Shown one piece after another: positions 21,250 to 35,804 of a stretch of 64,000 bases of DNA. The DNA comes from Piromyces finnis finn (lineage: Eukaryota; Fungi; Neocallimastigomycota): the NCBI GenBank assembly GCA_002104945.1, contig MCFH01000033.1, positions 496,001 through 560,000 on the forward strand, read 5' to 3'. The notes under the pieces were generated by a model, which saw only the letters and a program-made list of their open reading frames with translations, made no database searches and was not told the origin of the DNA. The number at the start of each line of letters is the position of its first letter. The stretch's first letter is position 1. The position numbers and the translations under genes were made by a program.

Positions 21250-23274
21250 ATAATAAAACCTAATATAAAAATGAATATCCTTTTTTTTTTAAAAAAAATT
21301 AAATTGAAATTGTTTATTTAATTTTAATTAAATTAAAAAAATTTTAAAATATTTAAAATTCCCAAAAATTTTTCCTCACTTTCTATTGGATCATTCTTGG
21401 TAATACTTTTAATAAAATTTAATTTAGCATTTTTCAAATTTGAAATTTTTGGGTTTTCTGTATAATACAATAATATTAAACTTTAGTTAATAATAAAATA
21501 TTAGGACTAATGAATATATTAAAACTTTAACAATTTTTATTATTCGCTTCATCTTTAAAATATATATCACTGACCTTTATACAATATAGATATATTAAAT
21601 TTATACATTTAAAATACATTCTATTCCTATTTTCATTATAATTTAAAAAAAAAATAATTAAAAAAAAGTCAGTGTGATACTATAGTTTTGAATAAAAAAA
21701 TTCACTCTATTATTTAGATATAGAAATAATCAGATAATAATTATTGTTTTTTTTTTTTTTAAAAAAAAAATTAATAATAAATAAAACATAACTTATAAAA
21801 CAAAAAAAAAACATTTACATTGAAATATTTATTATTCAAAAAATGATTCTATAGTTTTAATGACACATCTTAAAGCACTTTTTTTTTATCGATTTATTTT
21901 CCATTATATATATTACTATCGAATAGTAATATATATTTATTAATTATTTAAAATAATGAAATTCTTTTTTTTTTTTTTAATATATAGAATTAATATTCTT
22001 TAATGAATTATTTAATTTAATAGTTATTCCTTTATTCTAGAATGAATTTATTTAATTGTTATTCCATTATTCTAGAAGCTATTGATTTTAATATACAATA
22101 TTAAACTAATTTATAAAGCACTTGAATATTCAATGCTATCTTGGAATTTAGCCTCATTAAATGTATAAATAATAAATATACAAGATTTGAAAAATACTTT
22201 TTAAAATATAGCTTTCAAGATTGGTTGTCTCATAACATTTATTATTTATATCACTACAAGTTGTTATTAAAATAATAGATATAGATACACGCTACTAGTA
22301 TTAAAAAATATAATTAATAAATGGAACAAAAATAAAACGCTTCGCAATAATAAATTTCATGATTAGATAAATAGATAGATTTTAATTTTCAACTAGATCC
22401 TTATTTATCCTTTAGAACATATAATGTTTCACTTTTTTTCATAAACTTTTAATTTAATGGTAATGAAAACCTTTAAAGCATTTATTTACTTATTCATTAA
22501 TATATTCTTATATTCAATTTCAAATTAATACTTTTTTGAGAAAAAATGTTTTTATTTTTTTTAATATTCTTCTTTGTGTATAAATACATATTTAACCAAT
22601 AAGATCAATACTTGATTAAAATTTTAAAGTTTAATTAATTTATATTATTATTTATTATTTATCCCAAGCTACTCTATTAATATTAATATTATAAATATTA
22701 AATTATTTTTTTTTATCTACCCCAAAAAAATCATAAAAAGTTTATTTCATTGAAAATAAATTTAATAAAAAATAAATGAATAGTTAAATAAATTACAAAC
22801 CAAGAAGAAAAAAAAAAGACTATTTTAACCTAGGTATTAATATACGACAAAGCAAACTCATTAATTGTAATTTAGATGGTTTAGATATGTTAATACTACT
22901 TTATATTATTCAAAATAAAAAGAAATTATTATTATTATTATTTCACAGGCGGCTAATTGGATTAATTATTTTTTAAGTTAAAATTAACTATCAATTAATA
23001 AACAGAAATTGGTTGTCAATTTTATTCTCAACATTAAAAAAAAGAAAAATAAATTAATAACAAAAAATATATTAAACCATATTTTAAGTTTATTGAATAT
23101 ATAGTTATTGATCGTGCTTAACAATTATTATTGCTATTAACTCAAAAGTGGAATTATAAAATAGTATTTTGAGTAATGAATTATTAAAAATTTTATAAAA
23201 GTTTTATCCACAATAATCATAAGTAATATTAAAAGCATTATTATCTTACTATGAAATTATATATTATTTATTAT

Positions 23275-23465
23275 TAATAATTATGATATAGTAATACTAT
23301 CTTTTTTATATTTCTATTTTAATAATTATGATATAGTAATACTATCTTTTTTATATTTCTATTTTAATAATTATGATATAGTAATACTATCTTTTTTATA
23401 TTTCTATTTTAATAATTATGATATAGTAATACTATCTTTTTTATATTTCTATTTTAATAATTATG
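23275..23465. repeat. 45-bp minisatellite, ~4.2 identical copies
   Basis: TTATGATATAGTAATACTATC recurs at 23281, 23326, 23371 and 23416, with a partial copy at 23461. Confidence 0.95.
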
Positions 23466-23923
23466 TTAGTTTTTCATTAAAGAAAAATTTATAATTCTAC
23501 TTTATATTCAATTGTCTATTTTTCTTTAATGAAAAACAAAGTATAATTATAAATATATAAAAACTTTATATTATATGGATTAGGAATACCATTTTTATTT
23601 AAAATAATTGTAAATATTATTACTAATTCTTTTTACAAGAAATACTAATATAATAAATAAAATATGCATTCATATAAAAATTATCAAAAAATGCTACACA
23701 CTTTTATAATGTGTTTATAATATGTTTTATTGGTTTAAGTTGATTAATAAAAAGTATAATATTTATATTAACACGTCTAAGTCAACTCTTCAAATTATTT
23801 TATATTAACTATTTATAATATCTAAATTTTATCATTTTATTTTTTAATATTAATAGTTTATAACTATATTTTGTAAACAATAATATATATTAGTGATCTG
23901 GAATATTATCAAATGAGATGGGC

Positions 23924-24348
<425 letters not shown>

Positions 24349-25381
24349 CACTGTAAAATTTATCTTTTTATATAAATATAAAAATTAAACTTTATAAATA
24401 TTTATATGTGAATTAATTTCTACATGGTTTTGTTTTAAGAAAGTAATATATTTTTTATATCAATGACTATTATATGACTATTAATAATTAACTTTAGTCT
24501 TTTAACTATCATTAAAATTTATATATATATATAATAAAAAAAAATAAATCATTAATCATTAATACATATTGTTAAAAATAAATTAATGTGTATGAATATT
24601 TATAATTAAAACAAAAATAAATAATTATAGTAATAATAAATTAAAAAATATTATTAACAAAAATTACTCATAAAAATATGTATCAATAGATTGATACATA
24701 TATACATAAATTTTTTAAAAAAAAAAAGTTTGAAATTGGGTAAATTTACTATTTTGTGAAAAACTTTAATAATATCATCATCACATTATTTTAATCTCAT
24801 AATTAAATTTCAACATTCAATTATTTTCATTTTCAATCAGAATGTAAATATATAATATTTAAATAAATAATAATAATAATGAAAACAACTAAATTAAATA
24901 AAAATTAAAATTAAAAGAAAAAAAAAACTAATCCAACAACTTTTTTATTATTCAATTTTTAGAGAAGTAGTTTTATAAATATAGGCTTAAAAAATCTTGA
25001 GATTACTTTTTAATAATTACTGTATATTATCCATTTAAAATAGTTTAATTGTTTTTCCATCTTATATTGGTAAGAAATAAAAAAAAAAAAAAAAAAAAAT
25101 CTTGAGATTATTTGTTTAATGATTCATTATTCATATTGTATGTTTTTAAATAAAAAACAATTTCTTTTTATTTAATTGTTTAATTGTACTCTATAAATTT
25201 AATAGAAAAAAAAAAAAAAGGATAGTTTATAATTTTTATTGTAATACTTAATAACAATTATATTTTATTATTATTATTATTATTATTATTATATCATCAG
25301 AAACTTTTTATTGTTATTTTATCAACGTTATCTTTTGCTTCTTCTAACACCATAACTATTCCATTTTTTAAAAAAAAAAAA

Positions 25382-25965
25382 ATGTCAACGTCTAGTACTA
25401 ATAATAATAATTTAATTACGGATTGTCTTACTAGTGAACCTGTTACAGAACCTGTACATTCTTCACCAAAAGCAATGGAAGAAACCAAAAATAATATAAT
25501 GCAAAAAGTAACGCCTTTAATACAAGAATTGGATATGCAAGTCGTAGGCGTAAGACTTTCTCAATTAGAACTCTATAAAGAAATCGAAAGACTTTCTGCA
25601 GGTTTGCATGAATATATTTAGAAACAATATATATATATATAAATAGATGATAGTAAATTATCCTAAAATAATAAAACTAATTTCAGTTAGATACTCAAAA
25701 AGATCAAAAAATATTTTATTTTAAAAAAGTAAAATATCTTTTTTTTATTATTTCATTCCTAATTTTATTTATATAAATATATACTATGTTTTTTTTATCT
25801 TATATAGAATTACAACTTTGTCAAGACTTGCCTGAAATGCCTCAAGTAAGTGATGGTATTCAACGACTTCAAAACCTTCAAAAACGAATTCAAACTATCA
25901 ATAAAACATTACGTGTAGTACAGGATCGTCTAAATCGTGTCGCAAACATCAATAATATACAATAA
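25382..25965 (+). CDS. SNAPIN: Snapin-like protein (BLOC-1/BORC subunit), 2 exons, ~125 aa
   Basis: Exons 25382-25601 and 25808-25965 (GT..AG intron) join in frame: ...VTPLIQELDMQVVGVRLSQLELYKEIERLSAELQLCQDLPEMPQVSDGIQRLQNLQKRIQTINKTLRVVQDRLNRV. This follows the Snapin pattern LD..V..VR.SQ.EL...I..L..EL...L....R....N..L...Q.RL.R. Confidence 0.78.
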
Positions 25966-28900
25966 ATATTAAAAAAGATTCAAAAAAAAATATAAATCTA
26001 TTATTACACATCGATACTTATTACTTTTCAAAATAAAAATATATTTTTTACACACAATTTATACACTTTCTCAACACATTAAAATTTTATTTATACATAA
26101 TATATTTTTTATTTTTTTATTTTATTTACATTTTAATAAATATAATCAATCACAGCCTAGCTTACCTAAAAATTTTACATTTAAAAATTTAAATAAATTA
26201 GAATTTATATATATTGTTGATTTGTTTTAAATTTAAAACATGAAATTATTATCAAATCAGCAAGCTATTTTATATCCTCAAGCATTAAGTTTTATTTCAT
26301 TCACTAAATTTTAATTTATTCAATATATAATCCTACAACATTCACAATAATAAAGCGTTTGCACAAAGTACAACCAAGTTAAAATCGTAAATATCTTGGA
26401 TTATACATTTCCTAAAATAAAATTTAACAAACTTCCTAAAACTCTCTATTTAATTTCCTTTAGGCATTGAAACGGTGAATAAAAGAAAACCTTTTATTCG
26501 GTGTTTCTCCTCCTAATATCTATTAAACAGACACCTTACATAGAATGGATTTAACTAATTGTCATCACGATAACAACTAAAAAATATAATTATACTATAT
26601 AAAAATATTTACCTAAAAAAATAATTATAATAAAAATATATTAATATCTAATATTATTATAATTTTATTTTATAAATAAAATATTTAATAATAATTATTT
26701 ATGATCAGAACAAATTGTCCACATAATCTTTTCAGTCAGGGATAACTTTAATAGATACTAGGTATCAGTCATCATATAAATAATTATTAATAATAATTAT
26801 TTTTTTAATATTTACCTTTTTCTTCCTTTGTAATTGCTTTTAATTTTTACTCAAAATATTAACATTAGTATATTATTAATATTTTTTATTACTTAATGAG
26901 ATAGATTAATTTAAAAAAAAACAAAAAATAATTCTTAAACAATAATTTTCCAGAAATGATTGGGTATTATTGATTAATCCAATCATAGTATTATTTGTAT
27001 TTATTATTCATAAATTTAAATGTTAAATATAAGAACAATAATTATTTGTTAGTATACACTTAAATTATAAATTTTTTTTATTTTATCATTGTATATAATT
27101 TATTAATACAAAATACAATTATTATTATTAAATTAATTATTTTTCATTTTAATTATTTCAAGTAATGAGGGTTAGTTTAAAATATTGGGTTAGATTATAT
27201 AAGTAAAGAATTTATATAGTTAGTTTTTCTAGTATGACAATTTCAAAAATATTATATATTTAAAATAATAATAATATGCCAAAGTATTATAAACATTATT
27301 TTTTATTAATATTTATCGTTTGTAATAAATATTTTATATTTAAAGTGATTATTTAAATATTTTAAAATATAACATTTACATATATTTCTTTATAATAAAG
27401 CTTCCTTCTTGTTCTTTTTTGTTAAACTCGAAATTTACCTATTTTAATTCTTGTAGTGTTGTTAAAATATTATTTTTTTATCCCTTCGTAATAATAGATG
27501 AAATTGTGATATGTTAATTTTTTTTTATTCTTTTTGAAAACTTTACATATTACACAATTTCAATCAATTCTTTTTTATTATTTATATCATCTTTAAAAAG
27601 TTCGAAACTAGATACAATTTTACAAAATAAACTTTAATAACAAAAAATTATTATTATTATTATTTTTTTGATATTTAGTAATATAGTAATATTATAAATG
27701 CTTTATATATTTAGGTACATTGAAAAATTATTATTGCTATAACATTATTCTGTGATAAATGTATTAAATAATTAATATATTTAGCAATTAAATAATATTT
27801 AATATACATTTTTATAATATACAAAAATAATCAGAGATTTAAATATTTAATTTTTTTCTTCTTCTATTTACCATCAATAAATTTTAACAAAACATTTTTA
27901 TTATTTCTCTAATTTCAGTTTCAATATTATTTAATTTATTACAAAAAATAGTTATAATATCATTTATATATATATATATATATTTTTTTTCCTTTTAATA
28001 TTATATTTAAAATTAAGACTAAACCCATTATTACATTTTTCAAAAGAAACATTATTTCTTTTGATACATTTTATAATAAACTTTTGTAAGATCTGAGTAT
28101 AATTTAAATTTTTATTTTCTCTTCTTTATAATTTTTTATTAGTTTATCACAAAAAAAAAAAAAAAAAAAATAGGTAATAAAGAAATGTTTTTTAAATAAG
28201 GATGATGGTGACAATACCAACAATGAAAATAATTAAGAAATTTGTTCTGAAATTAAAGGAATTTCAGTTGATCGTAATGGTGTTTTTATATATACTAAAA
28301 AAAAAAAGTGAAAGAATATAAGAATAACGAAAAATTAGTTTTATGCATTGCCTATTCTTTTATTAAAAAAGATATTTTTTAAAAAAAATATCATTTATTT
28401 TCTATATTTAATTATTTTTTATTAAAATAATGTTATTGATAATGTATTATTTTTAAATAATTGAATACTAATACTAATGCTAATACTAATAATAGATCTA
28501 TCTAGTTACCTATAGTTAATACAAAATAAAGATAATGTTTTATTACAGTTTTTTATTTATATTTGAAATATTAATCTAATTTTGAATGTTAGTTTAATAA
28601 TAATTAAAGTTTTAAACTAATTAATAAATTTGAAAAATCATATTAATAAATATTATTATAAAAAATAATGATAAATTAATTTAGTTAATTATTTACAATT
28701 ATTTACAGAATTTATAATTATACCTACATATTTTTTTTTATTTAATAATAAATGGTAAAACTAATAATAATAGTATAATCATTTAATGAAATATATATTA
28801 TAAGGAAATATATAATTAGTAGGTAATTTAGCTCTTTAGATATATATATAGTATTGTTACATTTATACTATTTAATATTGTTATTGTTATTATTGATAAT

Positions 28901-30214
28901 ATTACTGTGTGCTTTTAATTACATTTTTTTGTATATAGCTTTATACATTATTTTATTTTTATTAAAATGATTTAATATGCTGATTTTCCAATAATATTTA
29001 AGAGTATTAATTTATATCATCAAAACTTTAATAATTTTTTTATTTTTTTTTTGCTAATTCCATAGTATTCTTTTTTCATTAGTATTTTTTTTCTGTTTTT
29101 TAAAGTAAAAAAAAAAAAAAAAAAAAGAAAAAAATTGAACTTTGAAACTTTTTTTTTTTTTTTAAGAAATAAAAAATAATAATAATAATAAAAGCAATAT
29201 TTTCAAAGTTAATAAAAATACTATAAAATATTGAAACTAAAAAATACCCATAATATTATTATCTTTATTTATTTATTTATGAAAAATAATTCAAATTTAT
29301 ATAAATAATAATAATAGTTTTCAATCAATAATATTAAAATAACTTATTCTATAAAAACAAAATTAAAACAAATAAATACACAAAAATAAAAACTAAAATT
29401 AAAATAATAATAATAATAATAACAAAAACATACATACATTTTTTTATTTTTTAAAAAAATAATCAATTTGCTAATTTTCTCATTCAATTCAACCAAATTT
29501 CCTTATAAAGACAAAATTATATATTATAATAATAAATTAAGGTAAATATTAATAAAATGTTTATATATATATCACTACTTTTTAAAATATAAATATTCGT
29601 ATTTATACTTTTAAAAACATATTAGTTAATGTAAATATTCAAAAATTATTATGATATTTTCAATATTAACATTTAAAAAACAAGCATAATATATGAAAAT
29701 ATCATATGATAATTGTTATCCTGTTATTCTATTGGAAAATATTTAATAAATAAAAATAATAAAAAAATATATTTTTTTTTAAAAGTATTTTTTAAATACC
29801 TACAGGCGTTGTAAATTTTGATACGATAAAATTATAATTAAAATTAGCTTTTTCTTCTTTTTTTTCTTTATTTTTCTTTTATTAAAATAACAACAACAAC
29901 AATAATAATAAAACAAAAATTAAGAAATAAAAAATAATAAAAGGAATAAGAAAAAGAATAAAAAATAAAGATTACAATAAATAAAAATATAAAAATAGAG
30001 TAGGATAATATAAATAAAATAATAATACTACTTTAAATAAAAATTATATACAATTTTTAATTTTGTTATTTATGTAATATACACTTTTTCTTTTTTTTTC
30101 CTTTTTTTATATCTCGTTATATAACTAATTATTTTCATTTGAATTTTATTTAATAAAATATAACGATAAAATAAATATTTATTTTACAATAATAGAATAT
30201 ATATATATAATAAA

Positions 30215-31055
30215 ATGTGTAATCCAGTTATTGGAACTATAGAAGCTGTATTATATACCACTATTTGTGTTGGGTAAATATTTATTATTTATATCTATAA
30301 TTTAATAATTGTAGGAGTACTTTTAATTTGCTATTCATTTTTTCTTTTATTTAATTTATATTTAATATATAAATGTTTAAATAATTATTAAATAATAATA
30401 TGTACAATCTTAAATGGTTATTAATTTTTACAATATAATATATTTTATTATTTTTTTTTTAATTAAAAATTACATAGTACATGTTTAATTGGAAATTTTT
30501 TCCAAATTTTATCTTATGCAATTTATCCATTTAATAAACAACTATTTAATGATATTAATGGATTCTTAGCAAGTTTTGTATGGAAAGTATTACAATTTAT
30601 ATTCGAAAATATAAGACATGGAAAAGTTACTTATAGTGGTGATTTACTTCCATACGATGAATCTGCTATTGTTCTTGCCAATCACAGATCTTATATCGAT
30701 TTTTGTAAGTTTTTTCTCGAGAAAGGATTATTAAATGGGAACATTAAAACCTTCATTATAAATATTGTTATTTTTTTTCTTATATTTTATATGATATGTA
30801 ATACATTTATTTATTGTTAAATGTTATTATATAAAATATTAAATATTTTATTTCAATTAAATAATTTATAATTTAATAGACCTTATTCATTTTGTTGCCA
30901 TGAGAAAGAAGCAATTACCAAATTTAAAGGTTTTAGATACTACTTCTAATAATATATATTTTTAAGATACAAAATTATAAATAAGAAATGAATCTTTTAT
31001 GTAATTAAAATTAATCCATTTATTTATACTAAATATTATATCATTATATTATTGC

Positions 31056-31086
<31 letters not shown>

Positions 31087-32291
31087 TATTAATACTTAAT
31101 AGTATTTCTTAAAGGATTCATTAAAATTCGTAAGTACTTAACTTTTTATAATAAATATAATTGAAATATAATTAAATATTATAATATCGATATATTAATA
31201 TTCTAAAATATTATTTTTTATTATAATTATAATTGATAATGACAATACTATTTTATTAATTAAAATATTTAAATATTTTTAATAATCACGACGTTTAATA
31301 CAAATAATAACAACATATATATTATTATACAAAATTATAACTGTTATTTAATAAAATGCGTTTTTTTGTAATATACTTTTTGGTAATGCAGTTACCAGCC
31401 TTCGGATGGGGTATGTACTTTATGAAAATGATTTTTGTTAAGCGTGATTGGACTAGTGACAAGAAGAAGATTGAAGAAACCTTTGCTCAAATTAAGAGTT
31501 TAACTACTAATGTATGGATCATCTCTTACTTAGAAGGAAGTAGAATTACTCCAGAAAAAGTTAAAGCTGTAAGTTTATTTTTTATTTGCCTTTTAATATT
31601 TATATAAATATATAAAATATAAATTAAATTTATATTTTCTTATGTTTTCTTTTTTATTATTTATACAATAATTTAGAGTCAAGAATTTTCAAAGAAGAAG
31701 GGTTATCCAATTCTTGAAAATGTTTTAATCCCACGTACAAGAGGTTTCATTGCTACTCTTAATGTAATATTTTTTTTATCTAAAAATAAGATAGTTAAAC
31801 AAATTAGTTTTTTTACATTAATAACCATTTTTATTTATTTATTATCATCATCATTACATACAATTTTGCATATGTATATTTATTGTTATATTACACCTAC
31901 TATATTATTGAAAATAAAGACTTTCAGAGAAGAAAAAGTAAAGTATATTTATGATTTTACTCTTGTTTATGGACATGAAAAGAGAGGATATGGTGTCTAT
32001 CCATCTATGCCAAGAATTTTTATGGGTAGAATTGATAATGGATATAGATTCCACATTCATGTTAGACGTATCCCAATTTCTTCTATTCCAACTGAAGATG
32101 AAGAAATTACTAAATGGGCTGTTCAACTTTACAAAGAAAAGAATGATTTCTTAGAAGAAATGAAACATAATTGGACTGATAATATTGATTTAATTGATCC
32201 AGTTATGACTCCAGACGATATCAAAAAGGATAATTCTCAAGAAGATCTTAAAAATGATAATTCTCAAGATGATGTTAAGAAAGAAAACTAA
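30215..32291 (+). CDS. lysophospholipid acyltransferase (AGPAT3/4, LCLAT1/Cst26-like), ~7 exons
   Basis: Spliced translation MCNPVIGTIEAVLYTTICVG|TCLIG...SAIVLANHRSYIDF|...|YFLKDSLKF|LPAFGWGMYFMKMIFVKRDW...WIISYLEGSRIT|...VLIPRTRGF|...IYDFTLVY...FHIHVRRIPI. Contains the NHxxxxD motif, FxxR, EGxR, PR and the Acyltransf_C region. Confidence 0.92.
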
Positions 32292-32592
32292 AATTTATAG
32301 AGTTAAGAAAAGAAAAAGTTTTAATAAATAACAATTAATTTTTTTTTTTTTTATTATGAATAAGAATATATATATAATTTTTTTAAAAAAAGCTAAAAAA
32401 AAATAAAAAAACAGCAAACAAAAAAGCATACATTATAATTTTATCGATGTAAAAACCATAGTAATATTTAAATTTGAAATAGTTAAAATAAAGCAAATAA
32501 AATAAAATAAAATAAAAAAAAAAAAAGAAATATAATTATATAACCACCAAGTTTGAAAATTCTTTTGTTTATTTATTTATTTATTTATACTT

Positions 32593-32626
<34 letters not shown>

Positions 32627-32994
32627 TAATAGAAATAAAAATAAAAATAATAGTAGTAATAGTAATAGTAAAAATGTCATTTCAGGCATCATTATAATTT
32701 ATTAATATAGTTCAATTCATTTGGAGATATCCTTTAACCTATTATTATTAATAATATTATTATACATATAATATTTATATATTATCTTTTAAAATCTTAA
32801 CCATATTTTAAAATTTATATACATAAACTTTAAATTGTATAATTTTTTTTTTTTTTTTTTTTACAAAAATCTTTTTTATTTATTATAAAAAATAATAAAT
32901 ATTTTTTTAATTTTTAATAGAAATAATAATAATATTCATAGTTATAATAGAATAATAGAAATAAAAAAATATTAAAGCTTAATAATAATAAAAA

Positions 32995-34496
32995 ATGGAA
33001 CATAAAGGAGGTATATGTTTTATAAAAATGCGTATTATTATGTCATTTATGTCATTGTAAAGTTTTTTTTTTTTTTTTTTTTTTTTTATTTTAAAATAGA
33101 TATAATTTATTAAAATCTATATTTTATTACATAAAAGATTTTACAATACGATATGATGAATTAGAATATATTGATGAAAATAAACAATTGATTGAAAAAT
33201 TATGTTGTTCTATATGTAAACTTCCTTTTCAACCTTCATCCGTGAGATTAAAATGTGGGCATATTTTTTGTAAGGAACATATTAATGATCTTATGAATAA
33301 TTTAAATAATGTTGTTGTTTGTGCTATTGATAATAATCAAACCAATGTTGATGAAATTAAACCAGAAACAATCATTACTTCTACAGCAGATACTCTTAAG
33401 ATTAAATGTCCTTATCATCGACAAGGATGTACATGGGAAGGTCGTCGTAGTAATCTTTTAGGTCATTGGAAAAATAATTGTAAATATGTGTTATATAATT
33501 GTTCCTTCCCACATTGTCCATATAAATGTGTCAAAGAAAAAATAGAAGAACATGAAAAATACTGTCAGTGGAAACCTTATGAATGTTTTAATTTTAATTG
33601 TTCTTTTAAAGGTATTCTAAAAGATAAAGAAGAACATAACAAGGTTTGTCAATGGAAATTAGTGAAATGTCCTAATGAAAATTGTAATTTGGAAATTGCT
33701 AGATGTAAATTTATGGTACATTATTGGCTTTATTTATTAACTAAAAACCATATATATATACATATTAAATTTCATGTTCCAAAAAAAAAAAAATAATAAT
33801 TATTTTTATTTGAATATATAAATTTTTAAAACATTATTATTATTATTATTATTATTATTTTTTGATAAAAGGATCATAAATGGAAGTGTTGTAATCAAGT
33901 TAGAGATTTGAATTTTTTAATAGAGAAGAGTAACTACCTTCATAAAATTTGTTCTTCTCAATATCGAAAATTAAAATATTTGAAAAAACGTTATGAAATG
34001 CAACAAAAAATATTAGAAAAAAATGAAGGTAATTATATATATAAATATTATTAATATTTTAGTATTATTATTTAGAAATTTTTAAATGAAGCAATAATTC
34101 ATTATGAAAATGAAAATATAATTATAATATATTTTTTTTTTAAAAAAAATATTTTATATGGATAATATCATTTATTGTTGTTATATTTAATATTATTCAA
34201 ATAATGATAAATTTACAATATATAATATATCATAATACAATACTATTATAAATAATTGAAATTGTTATTATCGGAATTAATGGATTGTAAATTATAATAG
34301 AACTCTATTCAATTTTCCCAATTTATAGTCTACATTTAGCAACTGGTATACCTCATTGTATAAATCCAATAGAGAAATCCCATATCATTAAATTATCAGA
34401 GGATTTGTTGTGCGCAACTCATTTAAATCCAGGTAATGTGGATAGATATATATATTTTTTTGTTGATTTTTGATTATTTTAATAAACTCATTAAGA

Positions 34497-34544
<48 letters not shown>

Positions 34545-35804
34545 TATTATATATTATTTATCTAATTCCCAAATTTAAATAATAAATATTAATGTATAGG
34601 GCAGGAAATAGGTTCTGTTATATCTAATTGTCATATACCATTAAATCAGGATATTTACTATTATGAAGTTAAAATTATAAGTGAAAAAAAAGGGTATTAT
34701 TAAAAAAAAAAAAAAAAGATATTATAAATAAATGATAAAAGCAAATTATTTAATATAATATATTTTAAATATTTTAATGACAACGATATATAATTTATAA
34801 TATAATATATTATACTTTTGATGATAACAAAGATCGCAAGAAATTGGAATTGGTTTTTGTGGATTTTTAGATAATACAAGTAAAACTGATATTATGCCAG
34901 GTAAATTTCAAGGTTTTTTTTTTTTTTTTTTGAATATGCTATAAAATAATGGTAGTTCATTTATATTAATAAAATATATATAATAAAAGGTTGGAAGATT
35001 AATTCATGGGGATATCATGGAGATAATGGAAATTCATATAATGAAAAAGGTTTTGGTACAGAATATGGACCAACTTATGGTGGTGGTGATATTATTGGTT
35101 GCGGATATAGTGCTATTAATAAATCGATTTTCTTTACAAAGAATGGTGAATTTTTAGGTAATATAAAATATATTATAATTATAACAATGCATATAATAAT
35201 AAAATAAAATCATGAATATAATATTTAATTTTTATCCCTTTTATTATATAGGATATATTCAAGGAACTGTCTGGAATAAACATTTAAAACTTTATCCAAT
35301 GATTGGCATGAATGAAGGAAAAATAAAAATTAATTTTGGTAATGAAAAATTTATGTATAATATTGAAGAAAACTATAGTGGTATGTTAATAAATTTATAC
35401 AAACATACAATATATAATAATTATTTTAAATTTTAACAAACTAATGCTATTTATATATACATATATAATACTTATAATAATAATATTTATTTTAATATTT
35501 ACATAAATATTAATAATAACAATAAAAAATAAAATAACAATTTCATATTATAGAATTATTAAAACCTTTTAATAAGAAAAAGGTAGATGAAAATGAAGAA
35601 CAGGCTGATAATATAGGAAATGATAGTTCTGAAGAAGATGCAGAAGATAATAATGATAATGATAATGATTCAAATGATGAAGTAAATGAAAATTTTGAGA
35701 ATGATAATGATAGTGATGAATATCTTTATGATGAAAGTAGTGAAGAGAATAGTATGTATGATTCAAGTATAAGTGAAATGAGTTCATTAGTGATATCCCA
35801 ATAA
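32995..35804 (+). CDS. RING + TRAF-type zinc fingers + coiled coil + SPRY domain protein with an acidic tail (putative E3 ligase), ~9 exons
   Basis: RING CSIC...CGHIFCKEH...CAID; zinc fingers CPYHRQGC...HWKNNC, CSFPHC...HEKYC, CFNFNC...HNKVC, CPNENC; SPRY YYYEVKI..., IGFCG, MP|GW..NSWGYHGDNG, YGPTYGGGDIIGCGY..., IFFTKNGEFL|G, LYPMIGM...INFG..KFMY. The exons join with GT-AG introns. Confidence 0.85.

Noticed and set aside
28198-28345. Coding-looking fragment DDGDNTNNENN*EICSEIKGISVDRNGVFIY
   Set aside because: Short, contains stops and matches no family I recognise, so it cannot be supported even as a pseudogene.
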